Origin: Dehalococcoidales bacterium
GTDB taxonomy: Bacteria; Chloroflexota; Dehalococcoidia; Dehalococcoidales; UBA5760
NCBI GenBank assembly: GCA_034414575.1
Contig: DAOULZ010000011.1
Span: 14,318 to 78,317, forward strand
Length of the DNA stretch: 64,000 nt
Direction of reading: 5' to 3'
How positions within the stretch are numbered: the first letter of the stretch is position 1; each line of letters begins with the position of its first letter. Under the pieces are notes generated by a model that saw only the letters and a program-made list of their open reading frames with translations, had not been told where the DNA came from and did not search any database. Position numbers and translations under genes: made by a program. Positions 26,197 to 36,728 of this stretch are shown in pieces.

Positions 26197-27375
26197 GTGT
26201 GTAGATTGAAGATTCTTCAGGTAATATCTTCTTTCCCCCCGGCATGGGCGTATGGCGGACCTCTTAGGGCTGCTTATGGAATTTCAAAGGAGCTGGTAAG
26301 AAGGGGGCATAAAGTAGCGGTCTACACCACGGACGTATGTGACGCTCGTTCTCGCCTTAGGTGTGCTGAGAACCCGACCTATATGGACGGTATCGAAGTA
26401 TATCATTTCAGGAACGTAAGCAATAGACTCGCTTACCAGAACCTGCCTCTGGCGCCAGCAATGCTCACGGGTCTAAAAAGAGAAATCAAGAATTTCGACG
26501 TCGTTCATATCCACGAGTACATCTCCGCTCAGGCCTTGTTGACTCGCCACTTTAGCCGAAGGTACGGCATCCCCTATGTATTGCAGCCGCGAGGCTCGCT
26601 TCCAGTAATAATTGAAAAGCAGGGACTGAAGAAGATCTATGACAGAATTTGGGGCCATAGCTTGCTGAGGGATGCCTCGAAAATAATCGCGCTGAACCAG
26701 ATGGAAGCCGAACAATTCCAGAGCCGGGGGGTAAGCGGGGCTAAAATTGAGATTGTGCCTAACGGGATTGACCCCTCTGAATTTGAGGATTTACCCCGGA
26801 GGGGGGAATTTAGGAGGAAACATAACCTCAATAACGGCCAGAAGATAATCCTGTACGTGGGTAGGCTACACAAAATCAAGGGGCTCGGCCCTCTGGTGCG
26901 GGCCTTTGCCAAGCTTCTTGGGGATTTTTACGATGTTAAGCTTGTGATTATCGGTCCCGATAATGGATACCTGCCAACACTGAAGGGGCTTCTGGAAGAA
27001 TTGAAGCTCAAGGAGAAGGTTCTTCTCATCGGAGCGCTTTACGGGAGAGATAAACTGGAAGCCTATGTTGATGCCGAGGTATATGTACTGCCCTCATTCT
27101 ATGAAACGTTTCCCAACACGGTACTTGAAGCGCTCGCCTGTAGCCTGCCCGTAATCGTGACTGACCGCTGCGGTATCGCGGACGTTGTTGCTAAAGCTGG
27201 CTTCGTAGCAGAGTGCGATGAAGATCAGTTGCGGGAAGCCCTCCTTAAGGTTCTGAGTGATGGAAGGTTAAGGAGGAGGTTGGGGGGTAAGGCAAGAAGA
27301 TTGGTGGCAGAAGAATTTAGGTGGGACGTGATTGTGGGGAAGCTGGAAAGTATCTACCAGCGCTTGTCGAGATAG
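26197..27375 (+). CDS. GT4 glycosyltransferase
   Basis: KILQVISSFPP...GGP N-terminus and the E-x7-E region (SFYETFPNTVLEALACSLPVIVTD). The likely true start is TTG at 26206. Confidence 0.8.
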   Translation: MCRLKILQVISSFPPAWAYGGPLRAAYGISKELVRRGHKVAVYTTDVCDARSRLRCAENPTYMDGIEVYHFRNVSNRLAYQNLPLAPAMLTGLKREIKNFDVVHIHEYISAQALLTRHFSRRYGIPYVLQPRGSLPVIIEKQGLKKIYDRIWGHSLLRDASKIIALNQMEAEQFQSRGVSGAKIEIVPNGIDPSEFEDLPRRGEFRRKHNLNNGQKIILYVGRLHKIKGLGPLVRAFAKLLGDFYDVKLVIIGPDNGYLPTLKGLLEELKLKEKVLLIGALYGRDKLEAYVDAEVYVLPSFYETFPNTVLEALACSLPVIVTDRCGIADVVAKAGFVAECDEDQLREALLKVLSDGRLRRRLGGKARRLVAEEFRWDVIVGKLESIYQRLSR

Positions 27376-27412
27376 GGGCTAAGGAATGCCAAGATAAGGT
27401 TAGGTAGCAAGA

Positions 27413-29293
27413 ATGTGTGGTATATGTGGCATAGGGCACAGGGGGCATGATGTTTCGCCCCAGAGTCTGGGGGCTATGGTTAAGGCTATGGGGCACCGCG
27501 GGCCGGATAAAGCTGGTACCTGGTATTCTCAGGGGGTGGGATTGGGCAATGCCCGGTTGGCGGTTATCGACCTTAGCTCGGCCGGCAACCAGCCGATGAC
27601 CAACGAAGACGGCACGGTTTGCATCACTTATAACGGTGAGATTTATAACCTGGCTGAGCTTCGAGAAAGGCTAATCCGCAAAGGACATCGCTTCAGTTCC
27701 TTAACCGATACTGAGGCTATCATCCACCTTTATGAGGAGTACGGTAAGGGTTGTCTTGGCTATCTTCGAGGAATGTTTGCTTTCGCTATCTGGGATGAAA
27801 GGCGTAAGAGCCTGCTGCTAGCGAGGGATAGAATAGGGATCAAACCTCTATACTATACTTATGACGGAAGCAGGCTCATCTTTGCCTCAGAGATTAAAGC
27901 TCTCCTTTCTAGCGGGCTTATCCCTAGAGAATTGAATAATCAGGCGATAGCGGCCTTTTTCTCCCTGGGCTCGGTGCCGCCGCCACTCACTATCTTAAAG
28001 GGGGTAAATGCCCTGCCCCCGGGGCACTGTCTGGAGGTGAAGGATGGTCGGTTGCATACCCGAAGTTACTGGGAGCTCTCCTTCCAACCGAAAGAGGAGA
28101 TTGGGGAAAACGAGGCTGCTGCTGAACTCAGGCGGCTGCTGGAGCAAGTCATGAGTTCTCACGCCGTAAGTGATGCCCCATTAGGTGCCTTTCTGAGCGG
28201 CGGGGTTGACTCCTCGGTTATAGCCGCTATGCTGAGCGGGTTGGTTAGCAGACCGCTGAAGACCTTCAATGTTAGCTTCCCCGAGGTAGCCTACAATGAG
28301 TCCTACTTCGCTGGGCTGGTGGCAGAAAGGTTCGCCACCGACCATACTGACTACAAGGTTACCTGTGGTGATCTTAAAAACCAGCTGCCGGCCATAATCC
28401 AGGCTATAGATCAGCCGACCGTAGATGGGATTAATACCTACTTTGTCTCTAAAGCTGCTAAAGAAGCCGGGCTTACGGTGGCCCTCTCCGGGAATGGGGG
28501 TGACGAGCTCTTCTGTGGTTACCCGAGCTTTCGGGGAATCCCCAGAATTCACCGGCGGTTGGCTCCGCTAGGATATATCCCGGTCGGTATAAGGAGATTA
28601 CTCGGTAGATATCTCATCAAGGGCATACCTGGGGGCCGTACTCAGAAGCTGGCCAATCTGATGCCCACTACCCTCACCATAGAAGACATCTACTTCGTGT
28701 GGAACTCTTACTTTGCTAATGGTAACTTGTCTTCCCTGATTCATCCCGATCTCTGGTACCAGCCAGACCTCTCCCTGGGATTGGAATATGTCAGAGGGGT
28801 AGGCAGCAGGTGTAGCGGTATTAACACGGTGGACAGAATATCCTTCCTGGAACTGATGATTTATCTAAGCAACCAGCTACTGCGTGATACCGATGTCATG
28901 AGTATGGCTCATTCCCTAGAGGTAAGAGTCCCTTACCTGGACCATATTCTGGTGGAGTTCGTTTCCCGATTGCCCTCTGATCTCAGAGAGGGTAACGGAC
29001 AGCCAAAGAAGTTGTTGCTTAAGGCGGTTAGCGACCTACTGCCCCAGGAAGTTATTGACAGAAAGAAAATGGGATTTGGGTTTCCCTTTCGTCCCTGGCT
29101 TAAGGGGGACTTGAGGCCTTTGGTTGCCGAGGTTCTGTCCGCAGAGAACGTGGGCCGGCTCGGCATCCTTCAACCTCAGGTAGTTGACTCCTTGTGGCAG
29201 GGTTTTCTCCAGGAGAAGAGAGGCATTAACTGGTCCATCGTTTGGCTATTATTTATCTTTCAATTCTGGTGTAAGGAGGTATTGAAGCCATGA
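27413..29293 (+). CDS. asnB: asparagine synthase (glutamine-hydrolysing) family amidotransferase, WbpS-like
   Basis: N-terminal MCGI nucleophile and the PP-loop FLSGGVDSS; 626 aa. Its stop overlaps the next start (ATGA). Confidence 0.85.
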   Translation: MCGICGIGHRGHDVSPQSLGAMVKAMGHRGPDKAGTWYSQGVGLGNARLAVIDLSSAGNQPMTNEDGTVCITYNGEIYNLAELRERLIRKGHRFSSLTDTEAIIHLYEEYGKGCLGYLRGMFAFAIWDERRKSLLLARDRIGIKPLYYTYDGSRLIFASEIKALLSSGLIPRELNNQAIAAFFSLGSVPPPLTILKGVNALPPGHCLEVKDGRLHTRSYWELSFQPKEEIGENEAAAELRRLLEQVMSSHAVSDAPLGAFLSGGVDSSVIAAMLSGLVSRPLKTFNVSFPEVAYNESYFAGLVAERFATDHTDYKVTCGDLKNQLPAIIQAIDQPTVDGINTYFVSKAAKEAGLTVALSGNGGDELFCGYPSFRGIPRIHRRLAPLGYIPVGIRRLLGRYLIKGIPGGRTQKLANLMPTTLTIEDIYFVWNSYFANGNLSSLIHPDLWYQPDLSLGLEYVRGVGSRCSGINTVDRISFLELMIYLSNQLLRDTDVMSMAHSLEVRVPYLDHILVEFVSRLPSDLREGNGQPKKLLLKAVSDLLPQEVIDRKKMGFGFPFRPWLKGDLRPLVAEVLSAENVGRLGILQPQVVDSLWQGFLQEKRGINWSIVWLLFIFQFWCKEVLKP

Positions 29294-30288
29294 CAATTAA
29301 TTGGGGTGAGAAGAAGGTACTGGTTTGCGGTGGTGCTGGGATGATAGGTTCGCACTTGGCGAGGGAGCTGGCAAAGAGGGGGGCCGAGGTGACGATAGCC
29401 GACAACCTGTCCAGTGGGTCGAAGAAGAACATCGAGGACATAGTGAACCAGGTGGAGTTCCACGCCATAGACCTGAGGGAATTCCCCACTTGTCTGGAAA
29501 TGGCAAGGGGCAAAGATTGCGTCTTCCAGCTGGCGGCCAACATGGGAGGGATAGGCTACATCACTGCGGTTGGCGCTGACATCATGAGGGACAGCGCGCT
29601 GATTAATCTCAATATGCTAGAGGCGGCGAACAGGCAACAAGTGGCCAACTATTTCTACAGTTCTTCGGCTTGCATCTATCCGGAATACCGGCAGGAGGAG
29701 ACTCGTGTCGTCCCGTTGAGAGAGGACCATGCCTACCCCGCCGACCCTGACCAATTCTACGGATGGGAGAAACTTTTCACCGAGAAGGTATGCGAGACCT
29801 ACCAGCGGGATTACCAGATGAACATCAGGATAGCTAGGTTCCACAATGTCTATGGTGCCGGCTACACCGCCTTTGATAAGAAGAAGGGTAAAGCCCCTTG
29901 CCACCTGATATTAAAGGCCATCAGGCACCCCAAGCCGCCGTTTGAGTTGTGGGGAGACGGCAAGGCAACGAGGTCGTTTCTCTATATAGACGATTGTCTT
30001 AATGGCATTTTGAAGCTGATGGAGAGCGAATATGCTGAGCCCGTGAACATTGGCTCCGACAGGCTAATCTCGGTTGATGGGTTGGCAGAGATAATCATCG
30101 GGATTTCAGGCAAGGATATTACTCCCAAGTACGATTTGAGCAAGCCGCAGGGGGTACGTGGCCGGAATGCCGACCTGACTTTGGTGAGAGAAGTGCTAAA
30201 TTGGGAACCCAGGGTGAGTCTCGAGGAGGGGTTGGCGGAGGTTTACCACTGGGCAGAGGAACACTATGCCGAACTGGAGAATATCTAA
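29290..30288 (+). CDS. GDP-mannose 3,5-epimerase-like SDR
   Basis: CGGAGMIGSH, LAANMGGIGYI, YSSSACIYPEY, YGWEKL and RFHNVYG parallel plant/bacterial GME motifs (ADMGGMGFI, SSACIYPE, YGLEKL, RFHNIYG) as I remember them. Confidence 0.6.
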   Translation: MTINWGEKKVLVCGGAGMIGSHLARELAKRGAEVTIADNLSSGSKKNIEDIVNQVEFHAIDLREFPTCLEMARGKDCVFQLAANMGGIGYITAVGADIMRDSALINLNMLEAANRQQVANYFYSSSACIYPEYRQEETRVVPLREDHAYPADPDQFYGWEKLFTEKVCETYQRDYQMNIRIARFHNVYGAGYTAFDKKKGKAPCHLILKAIRHPKPPFELWGDGKATRSFLYIDDCLNGILKLMESEYAEPVNIGSDRLISVDGLAEIIIGISGKDITPKYDLSKPQGVRGRNADLTLVREVLNWEPRVSLEEGLAEVYHWAEEHYAELENI

Positions 30289-30321
30289 AGGACTAAAAAT
30301 TTAGCCAGGAAGGGGTAGAGA

Positions 30322-31224
30322 ATGGTAAAGAGCAAAAGAAATAGCAGACCTCTGGTCTCAGTGGTGACACCATCTTACAACCAGGGGGAGTTTATAGAGG
30401 ACACCCTGCGTAGCGTTATGAAACAGGACTATCCTCACATTGAGCACCTAGTTTTGGATGGTGGCTCGACTGATAGCACCGTTAAGATTCTAAAGAAATA
30501 TGAGAATAAATATGGTTTAAGGTGGGTCTCTGAAGCTGATGAAGGGCAGTCTGATGCCATAAATAAGGGATTTAAGATGGCCAAAGGGGAAATTGTGTAT
30601 TGGCTTAATTCTGACGACGTGTGTTTTGATACCAAGATGATTTCATACGTAGTAGAGCGCTTCCGAGAGTTTAAGCACGCTGACGTGATATATGGTGACG
30701 GTGTCTTCATTGACCGGAGTGGCTCCATTCTAAAGGTAGTCAGAGTCCCCGATTGGGACTATAATCGGCTTCTCCGTAGCTGCTTTATTATTCAACCAGC
30801 CGTGTTCTTCCGGAAAAAGGTAGCTCTGGAAAATGCGCTTGATAAAAAGCTCCATTTCTCAATGGATTATGAATTCTGGCTGCGATTGGGGAGGAAATAC
30901 AACTTCGTAAAAGTAGACCGCATAATGACTGGTTTCCGCATCTATGAGCAGGCCAAGAGCTCAGCCAATATAGACAAGCTCTGGCTAGAAACCAAGGGAA
31001 TACTGACGGAGTACGGGCAGGACTTTGGCCGTGCTTACCGCATAAACAATTTTCGAGACAAATTATTGTTCGGGTATCTTAGACTCAGGGGTATCAGGGA
31101 TATATTGAGGTTAACCGATGGGCAGGACTTTGCCTTTAGGGCAAAGGTTTCAGGCAGACTTAACAGAATCAAGACGCAGGTTGCTTTGCCAGAAGTGCTG
31201 TGGCAGCTGGCACACGGACATTAG
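30322..31224 (+). CDS. GT2 glycosyltransferase
   Basis: VSVVTPSYNQGEFIEDTLRSVMKQDYPHIEHLVLDGGSTDST. Confidence 0.8.
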   Translation: MVKSKRNSRPLVSVVTPSYNQGEFIEDTLRSVMKQDYPHIEHLVLDGGSTDSTVKILKKYENKYGLRWVSEADEGQSDAINKGFKMAKGEIVYWLNSDDVCFDTKMISYVVERFREFKHADVIYGDGVFIDRSGSILKVVRVPDWDYNRLLRSCFIIQPAVFFRKKVALENALDKKLHFSMDYEFWLRLGRKYNFVKVDRIMTGFRIYEQAKSSANIDKLWLETKGILTEYGQDFGRAYRINNFRDKLLFGYLRLRGIRDILRLTDGQDFAFRAKVSGRLNRIKTQVALPEVLWQLAHGH

Positions 31225-31306
31225 GCAGTAGGCTTATCAAGGTGCAGAGGCAATCCCTTCGGAGGATAGCTGCCCTCTTGGGCTTTGTTAGGCGGGAAGG
31301 TACTGA

Positions 31307-32500
31307 ATGAGAATTTGCCATATAACCTATGTCTTTCCACCACCAGAAGGGGGAGGAGCGGAAACACATAATCTTTCGCTGGTTAATCACCTCGCCCAGA
31401 GGGGCCATAGTGTAGATGTCATCGTTGTTAGACCACCCCATTTATATAAAACAGGTGTTACCGAGGTGACAAATAGCCTTCATAAGGGGGTTAGGGTTCA
31501 TCATATCTGTTACCAGAGGTTTCCGTGGTGGGTACTTAAGGTGAGAAGAAAGATTAGGGAGATTGAAAGGGAAGGTAAAATAGATATCTTTGACATCCAC
31601 TCAGCCAGCGATGTTTTCGCCTTTCTCTTTCAGAGGAGAACGTTACTATTCTCCCTCCACTTCTTAGAACTCAACTGCCCCGGCCGGCGGCTGGATCATC
31701 GCATCTTGCCTTGCGTCGCTTCCTTTAGCAAGTGCTGGCGCTGCTCTGGGCTGGCAAATTATGCCAGGTGGAAACTAGTTAGATGGCTCGTTCTCAGAAA
31801 GGTAACAAAATTCGTGGTCAAATACGATTATATGAAGAAATTAGCCGTTGAAAGCGGAATTGGAGAAGATAAGGTTGAAGTCGTTCCGTTCTGGATAGAT
31901 ATAGAAAGGGTCGGGGAGATAGCAAATAGTCCCGGGTTTAGGATCGCCGGGGTAAGTCGGCAGGACAGGGTCTTCGTGCATGTGGGGAGGATAGTTCTGG
32001 GAAAAGGCACCTTGAGATCACTGAAGGCACTTAGCATGCTAACCGAGAGAATCAGAAAGGCCAAGCTGATTCTGGTCGGGGACGGTATCCTCAGGAAGGA
32101 TATGGAGAATTTCTGCGTCGATAACCACCTTGAGGGTAAAGTCATTTTTGCCGGAAACGTTAGTCATGAAGACGTTTTTAGATACCTGTCGCTGGCCGAT
32201 TGTGTCATCTCTGGCCAGGTCAGTGATAACTATAGCTGGACCCTGCTGGAATATATGGGTGCGGGCAAGCCGATCATTGCCACCAACGTCGGCTCAACCT
32301 CAGAAATCTTGAGACATGGGTATAACGCGTTGCTCTGTGAGCCAACCCCCGAATCGTTAAGCTCGAGGATGCAACAGCTATTAGAAAACCCTCGGTTAGC
32401 CGAAAGGCTAGCCCGAAATGCCCTAGCCACGGTGCGAATAAAGCACGGGGTCGAAAATTTAAGGAAATATGAGGAGCTTATTCATAGGCTAAAGCCATGA
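31307..32500 (+). CDS. GT4 glycosyltransferase
   Basis: MRICHITYVFPPPEGGGAETH and C-terminal EYMGAGKPIIATNVGSTSEIL. ATGA overlap with the next gene. Confidence 0.8.
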   Translation: MRICHITYVFPPPEGGGAETHNLSLVNHLAQRGHSVDVIVVRPPHLYKTGVTEVTNSLHKGVRVHHICYQRFPWWVLKVRRKIREIEREGKIDIFDIHSASDVFAFLFQRRTLLFSLHFLELNCPGRRLDHRILPCVASFSKCWRCSGLANYARWKLVRWLVLRKVTKFVVKYDYMKKLAVESGIGEDKVEVVPFWIDIERVGEIANSPGFRIAGVSRQDRVFVHVGRIVLGKGTLRSLKALSMLTERIRKAKLILVGDGILRKDMENFCVDNHLEGKVIFAGNVSHEDVFRYLSLADCVISGQVSDNYSWTLLEYMGAGKPIIATNVGSTSEILRHGYNALLCEPTPESLSSRMQQLLENPRLAERLARNALATVRIKHGVENLRKYEELIHRLKP

Positions 32501-33678
32501 ACGTTTGTATGATTGCTTCCGGATATCCATCTCAGTCCAAGCCGCTTCGCGATATATTTATCCACGAACAGGCGAAGGAGATGGTAAAACAGGGGTTGAA
32601 GGTTCATGTAATTGCTCCTGAGATTCCAGGTGATGACGTCAGCCCGAGAGAGGGAATCTTTGAGGGGGTGTGCGTTCACCGGGTGATAAATCTCAGCTTC
32701 AAACCGGCCCGGCTTTTCCCCCTTGCTTTTGCGGTGAAGGCAGCTAGGAAAGCGGTTCAGTTGAACAAAGGAGAAAAATTCGATGTTATCCATGCCCAGT
32801 TTGCTGACCACGCCGGCTTTGCCGGGGCGATAACAGCCAAGATTTTAAGGCGACCCCTCCTCATCACCGTTCATGGTTATGACATATATTACAGCAAGGA
32901 ATTAGGCTATGGTTTGGGGACAACCTGGCTACAGCGAATTTACGTATTCCTCGTACTCAAGAGTGCCAACAGGATTCTTCCGGTGAGCACTGCCGCAGAA
33001 AGGCAGTGTATCACGAGGTGGCATGTTAACCCTAGGAAATTGGAGGTAATCCACAACGGAATCAACATTCAAAAGCTGCCGTCGCCAGCTAAGCTGGACA
33101 GGTTTAAGTCAGACCTGAATATAGATGGCAAGAAGGTAATCCTCAGTATTTCATCACTGCTAAAAAGAAAGGGGCAGCAGCATATTATCAGGGCTCTGCC
33201 CGCCGTTATTAAGAGAGTCCCAGAGGCTATCTTTATCTTGGTGGGACAGGGGTCGTATCTGCCGGAGTTAGAGCGGCTGATACAGGAATTAGGGTTAGAG
33301 GATCATGTAAGAATGACCAGGAGCTTTGTCGCTAGCAGTGAAATACAGATGTTCCTCAATATCTGCCATGTTTTCGTATTAGTGAGTGTGCTGGAGAGCT
33401 TTGGCATAGTGTATCTCGAGGCTCTATCCCAGGGTAGACCGGTAATAGGTACTCGTGGGGAAGGAGATGGGGACTTTATTGTCGATGGTGAAAATGGTTT
33501 CTTGGTCGACCCGGACAATACAGAGGAGTTGGCCCAGAGAATAGTCGCTGTCCTAGAGAATTACAGCTTGAGGGAGAGCATGGGGCGGCAGGGTAAAAAA
33601 ATGGTGGTGGAAGAGTATCTTTGGAAACACAATGTGGGAAAGGTCGTCGGAGCCTATAGAGAGCTTATCAGGCGGTAA
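32497..33678 (+). CDS. GT4 glycosyltransferase
   Basis: ESFGIVYLEALSQGRPVIGTRGEGDGDFIVDGENGFLV. Confidence 0.8.
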   Translation: MNVCMIASGYPSQSKPLRDIFIHEQAKEMVKQGLKVHVIAPEIPGDDVSPREGIFEGVCVHRVINLSFKPARLFPLAFAVKAARKAVQLNKGEKFDVIHAQFADHAGFAGAITAKILRRPLLITVHGYDIYYSKELGYGLGTTWLQRIYVFLVLKSANRILPVSTAAERQCITRWHVNPRKLEVIHNGINIQKLPSPAKLDRFKSDLNIDGKKVILSISSLLKRKGQQHIIRALPAVIKRVPEAIFILVGQGSYLPELERLIQELGLEDHVRMTRSFVASSEIQMFLNICHVFVLVSVLESFGIVYLEALSQGRPVIGTRGEGDGDFIVDGENGFLVDPDNTEELAQRIVAVLENYSLRESMGRQGKKMVVEEYLWKHNVGKVVGAYRELIRR

Positions 33679-33721
33679 ATAGAGTGAGTTAGCTTGGATT
33701 ATAAGATGAGAGGCGGCATAA

Positions 33722-34225
33722 ATGCTTAGTAATCTTTCGATACAGACCCTAACCAAGCAGGTAGCAACCGCGAATATTGATGATTTAGTCAGGATTGTGA
33801 AACAGCATCCACTTCAATATTGGGAACAACCGCATTTTCTAGTGGATCTGCCGGAGAAGTGGTTCTTTAGCCAGGTCGCCTTTGTTGATGACGAAGTCGT
33901 TGGCTATATAATCGCATCTCAAAAAACAGCCGATAGTGTTCACATCCATAAATATATGGTAGATGAGAAGTATACCGGTCACAGAATCGGAAAGTACATG
34001 TTATCGGGGTTAAACGCAAAGTGCTATCAGAGGGATATCGAAACCGTAACCTTGAGGATTTACGAAGACAATGTTAGGGGGATAAGATTTCATTCTCGAA
34101 ACGGTTTTCAGGTAGTCTCCCAGAGGGATACCGCCTCGGGGGTCAATATTATGATGGCGGCTACAACTGAAACCATTGAAAAATGCCTGTCATCATCTCT
34201 AGCAGGATGCGCTCAAAGAAAATGA
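33722..34225 (+). CDS. GNAT family N-acetyltransferase
   Basis: 167 aa. VVGYIIAS...IHKYMVDEKYTGHRIGKYML...NVRGIRFHSRNGFQVV covers GNAT motifs A and B. Confidence 0.7.
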   Translation: MLSNLSIQTLTKQVATANIDDLVRIVKQHPLQYWEQPHFLVDLPEKWFFSQVAFVDDEVVGYIIASQKTADSVHIHKYMVDEKYTGHRIGKYMLSGLNAKCYQRDIETVTLRIYEDNVRGIRFHSRNGFQVVSQRDTASGVNIMMAATTETIEKCLSSSLAGCAQRK

Positions 34226-35286
34226 GTGAAAAGATAAATCTCTTATTAACCGCGGTGGGGTGCCCGGGGGGGCGCTCCATAATCAATAGCCTAGGAGAGG
34301 ATAACAACCTCCGCATCGTGGGCACTGATATGAGGGGGGAGGTGGCGGCAAGGTATCTGGTGGATAGGTTTTATCAGGTTCCGCCGGGGGAAAGCGAGCA
34401 CTATATTGATAAGATGCTCAGGATTGTGGCCAAGGAGGGTATTGATGTCATGCTACCCCTGGCGACCTTTGAACTCGGGCCTATTTCTAAAAACAAGGGC
34501 CTATTTCTACAGGAAGGCTGTAGAATCTGCATTTCTGACCATGAGGCAATAACAATCGCCAATGACCGTTCAAAGCTGTATGCCACCTTTGCCAGCGAGG
34601 ATTTTATCCCCAGCTTCAGGATACCAGCTGATTGGGACGACCTGGAGACTAAAATGAAAGAGCTCGGCTTCCCGCAGAAGAGGGTGGTCATAAAACCCTT
34701 TGTCAGTCACGGTAGTATTGGTCTCAGGGTGATCGGTGGTGATCTAAATCTGTTTGAGCTGTACAGAAACACCAAGCCCAATTCGGTATTTACTAACCAG
34801 AACATTTTGAAGGAGACCCTCCGGGATAGAAAGATAGATAGCCTGGTGCTTACGGAATACCTGCCCGGGAAGGAGTATGGAGTTGACCTGCTTTTGAACC
34901 CTGGAACACACCGGGTAATCGCCGGTATCGTCCGGGATAATGGTGAGGTTGAGCTAAGCGGCGTGAGCAGAGGGGAATTGGTTGAGGATGACAGGCTATT
35001 TGCCATTGCCAAATATGTGGCTGAGACACTGAAGCTAAGTTACGCGGTGAACATAGATTTTAAGCTGGATGGGAACCAAGCTCCCAAAATAATCGAAGTG
35101 AATCCGAGGTTACCAGCTACTCTCTACCTGGCCACTGCTGCCGGCTTAAATCTTCCCTTGTTGTCAGTATATCTAGCCCTGGGCAGGGAAATCAGAGTTC
35201 CCCGGGTGGCCACGGGGTTAAGAATATATTCGTACCGTGGTTTTATCGTGGTCGGGGCTAACAACGAGGTGCTCGGTAATGTTTAG
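34222..35286 (+). CDS. ATP-grasp ligase (CarB-like fold)
   Basis: The ORF track starts at 34183. I prefer ATG at 34222, which forms an ATGA overlap with the GNAT stop. VIKPFVSHGSIGLRVI, LTEYLPGKEYGVDLL and IIEVNPRLP are ATP-grasp hallmarks. Confidence 0.75.
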   Translation: MSEKINLLLTAVGCPGGRSIINSLGEDNNLRIVGTDMRGEVAARYLVDRFYQVPPGESEHYIDKMLRIVAKEGIDVMLPLATFELGPISKNKGLFLQEGCRICISDHEAITIANDRSKLYATFASEDFIPSFRIPADWDDLETKMKELGFPQKRVVIKPFVSHGSIGLRVIGGDLNLFELYRNTKPNSVFTNQNILKETLRDRKIDSLVLTEYLPGKEYGVDLLLNPGTHRVIAGIVRDNGEVELSGVSRGELVEDDRLFAIAKYVAETLKLSYAVNIDFKLDGNQAPKIIEVNPRLPATLYLATAAGLNLPLLSVYLALGREIRVPRVATGLRIYSYRGFIVVGANNEVLGNV

Positions 35287-35363
35287 CTTCCGGTATGCTA
35301 CCGATCGCCTGTTTATCTCAGGGGTAACCAAATTACAGGAGTAAAGGAAATAGCCGAGGAGAT

Positions 35364-36368
35364 ATGACTAAGAATATTGCTGTTATCGGCGGTGGCTACT
35401 GGGGGAAAAACTTGGTGCGTAATTTTGCCACCCTCGGTGCCCTCTGTACTATCTGCGATGCGGATGCCGGAGTCTTGGAGTCGCTTATCTCTCAATACCC
35501 TGGGGTAAATAGCAGCCCCGATTATCATGAGGTGCTGGCTGATGAAGATGTACGGGGGATTGTAATCGCGACTCCAGCGGCGTGCCACTACTCTATGGCC
35601 AAAGAAGCACTGCTGGCTGGTAAAGATGTCTTCGTGGAAAAGCCGCTTGCCGAGAGCAGTAAGGATGCCCAAGAGTTGACCGAGCTGGCTACGGGACGGG
35701 GAAGGTTCCTAATGGTTGGGCACCTGCTTGTTTATCACCCGGCGGTTCAATTACTGAAACAGTATATTAAGTCCGGTGAGCTGGGTGAAATCTACTACCT
35801 CTATTCCACCAGGGTCAATCTGGGCCAGATACGACGGGACGAAAGTGCCTTATGGCGGCTGTTGCCTCACGATATTGCATTGTTTATTTATCTGCTCGAT
35901 CAGGTTCCAAGCGTTATTTCAGCTCAGGGTTCTTCTTATGTCCAGGATGGTTTAGTGGATGTAGTCTTTATCGCCCTGAGATTTGGAACCGTATTAGCTC
36001 ACGTTCATGCCAGTTGGCTTGATCCGCACAAAATACGGCAGCTCACCGTAGTTGGCAGCAAGAAGATGGCCATCTTTGATGATATGGAGGTAAGCACTAA
36101 ATTAAGAATACATGATAAGTATGTCGTGGCCAATCGTAAAGCTGCTTCTCCAGCAGGAGCCTTGACTTTCAGGTCGGGAGAAGTAACACTCCCTCAAATA
36201 GACCTTACCGAGCCGCTACACCTAGAGTGCCAGCATTTCATCCACTGCCTTGAGCGCAGATGCCAGCCGTTGTCTGATGGCAAGCAGGGTTTAGAAGTGG
36301 TGCGAATTCTGGAGGCAATTCAGAAGGCAATGGAGAAAAAGAAGGAATTTGAGATTGGGGTTCTGTGA
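35364..36368 (+). CDS. Gfo/Idh/MocA-family sugar oxidoreductase (WbpB-like)
   Basis: IAVIGGGYWGKN Rossmann fold and EKPLA motif; 334 aa. Confidence 0.75.
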   Translation: MTKNIAVIGGGYWGKNLVRNFATLGALCTICDADAGVLESLISQYPGVNSSPDYHEVLADEDVRGIVIATPAACHYSMAKEALLAGKDVFVEKPLAESSKDAQELTELATGRGRFLMVGHLLVYHPAVQLLKQYIKSGELGEIYYLYSTRVNLGQIRRDESALWRLLPHDIALFIYLLDQVPSVISAQGSSYVQDGLVDVVFIALRFGTVLAHVHASWLDPHKIRQLTVVGSKKMAIFDDMEVSTKLRIHDKYVVANRKAASPAGALTFRSGEVTLPQIDLTEPLHLECQHFIHCLERRCQPLSDGKQGLEVVRILEAIQKAMEKKKEFEIGVL

Positions 36369-36724
36369 AGGCAAGGGATTTTCTTAAGATTGTTATCGAT
36401 TTGGACGGGACGATTCTTGAAGAGAAACCAATAAAAGAGAAGGCCAGGGCAGTCCCGCTTCCAGAGGCGGTAGAGGCAGTTAATCGGCTGTATGAGATGG
36501 GTCATGTGATCATAATCTACAGCGCTAGAGGAGACCATGATTTAGAACTTACCTTGGGGCAACTCAGCAGGTTTGGGGTTAAGTACCACCATTTAGTACT
36601 GGGTAAGCCCAGGGGTGACATTTTTATTGATGATCGGGCTTTAACCTTTACAGGTTGGGATAAGGATTGGCGTAAACTGCTCAGCTTAATAGACCAAAAG
36701 ATGAAGCAACCTTTCGGGGTGTGA
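36365..36724 (+). CDS. small capless HAD-superfamily phosphatase
   Basis: GTGA overlap with the upstream gene. Motif I is VIDLDGTI, motif II YSAR, and motifs III/IV are GKPRGDIFIDD; 119 aa. Confidence 0.65.
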   Translation: MKARDFLKIVIDLDGTILEEKPIKEKARAVPLPEAVEAVNRLYEMGHVIIIYSARGDHDLELTLGQLSRFGVKYHHLVLGKPRGDIFIDDRALTFTGWDKDWRKLLSLIDQKMKQPFGV

Positions 36725-36728
36725 ATCG

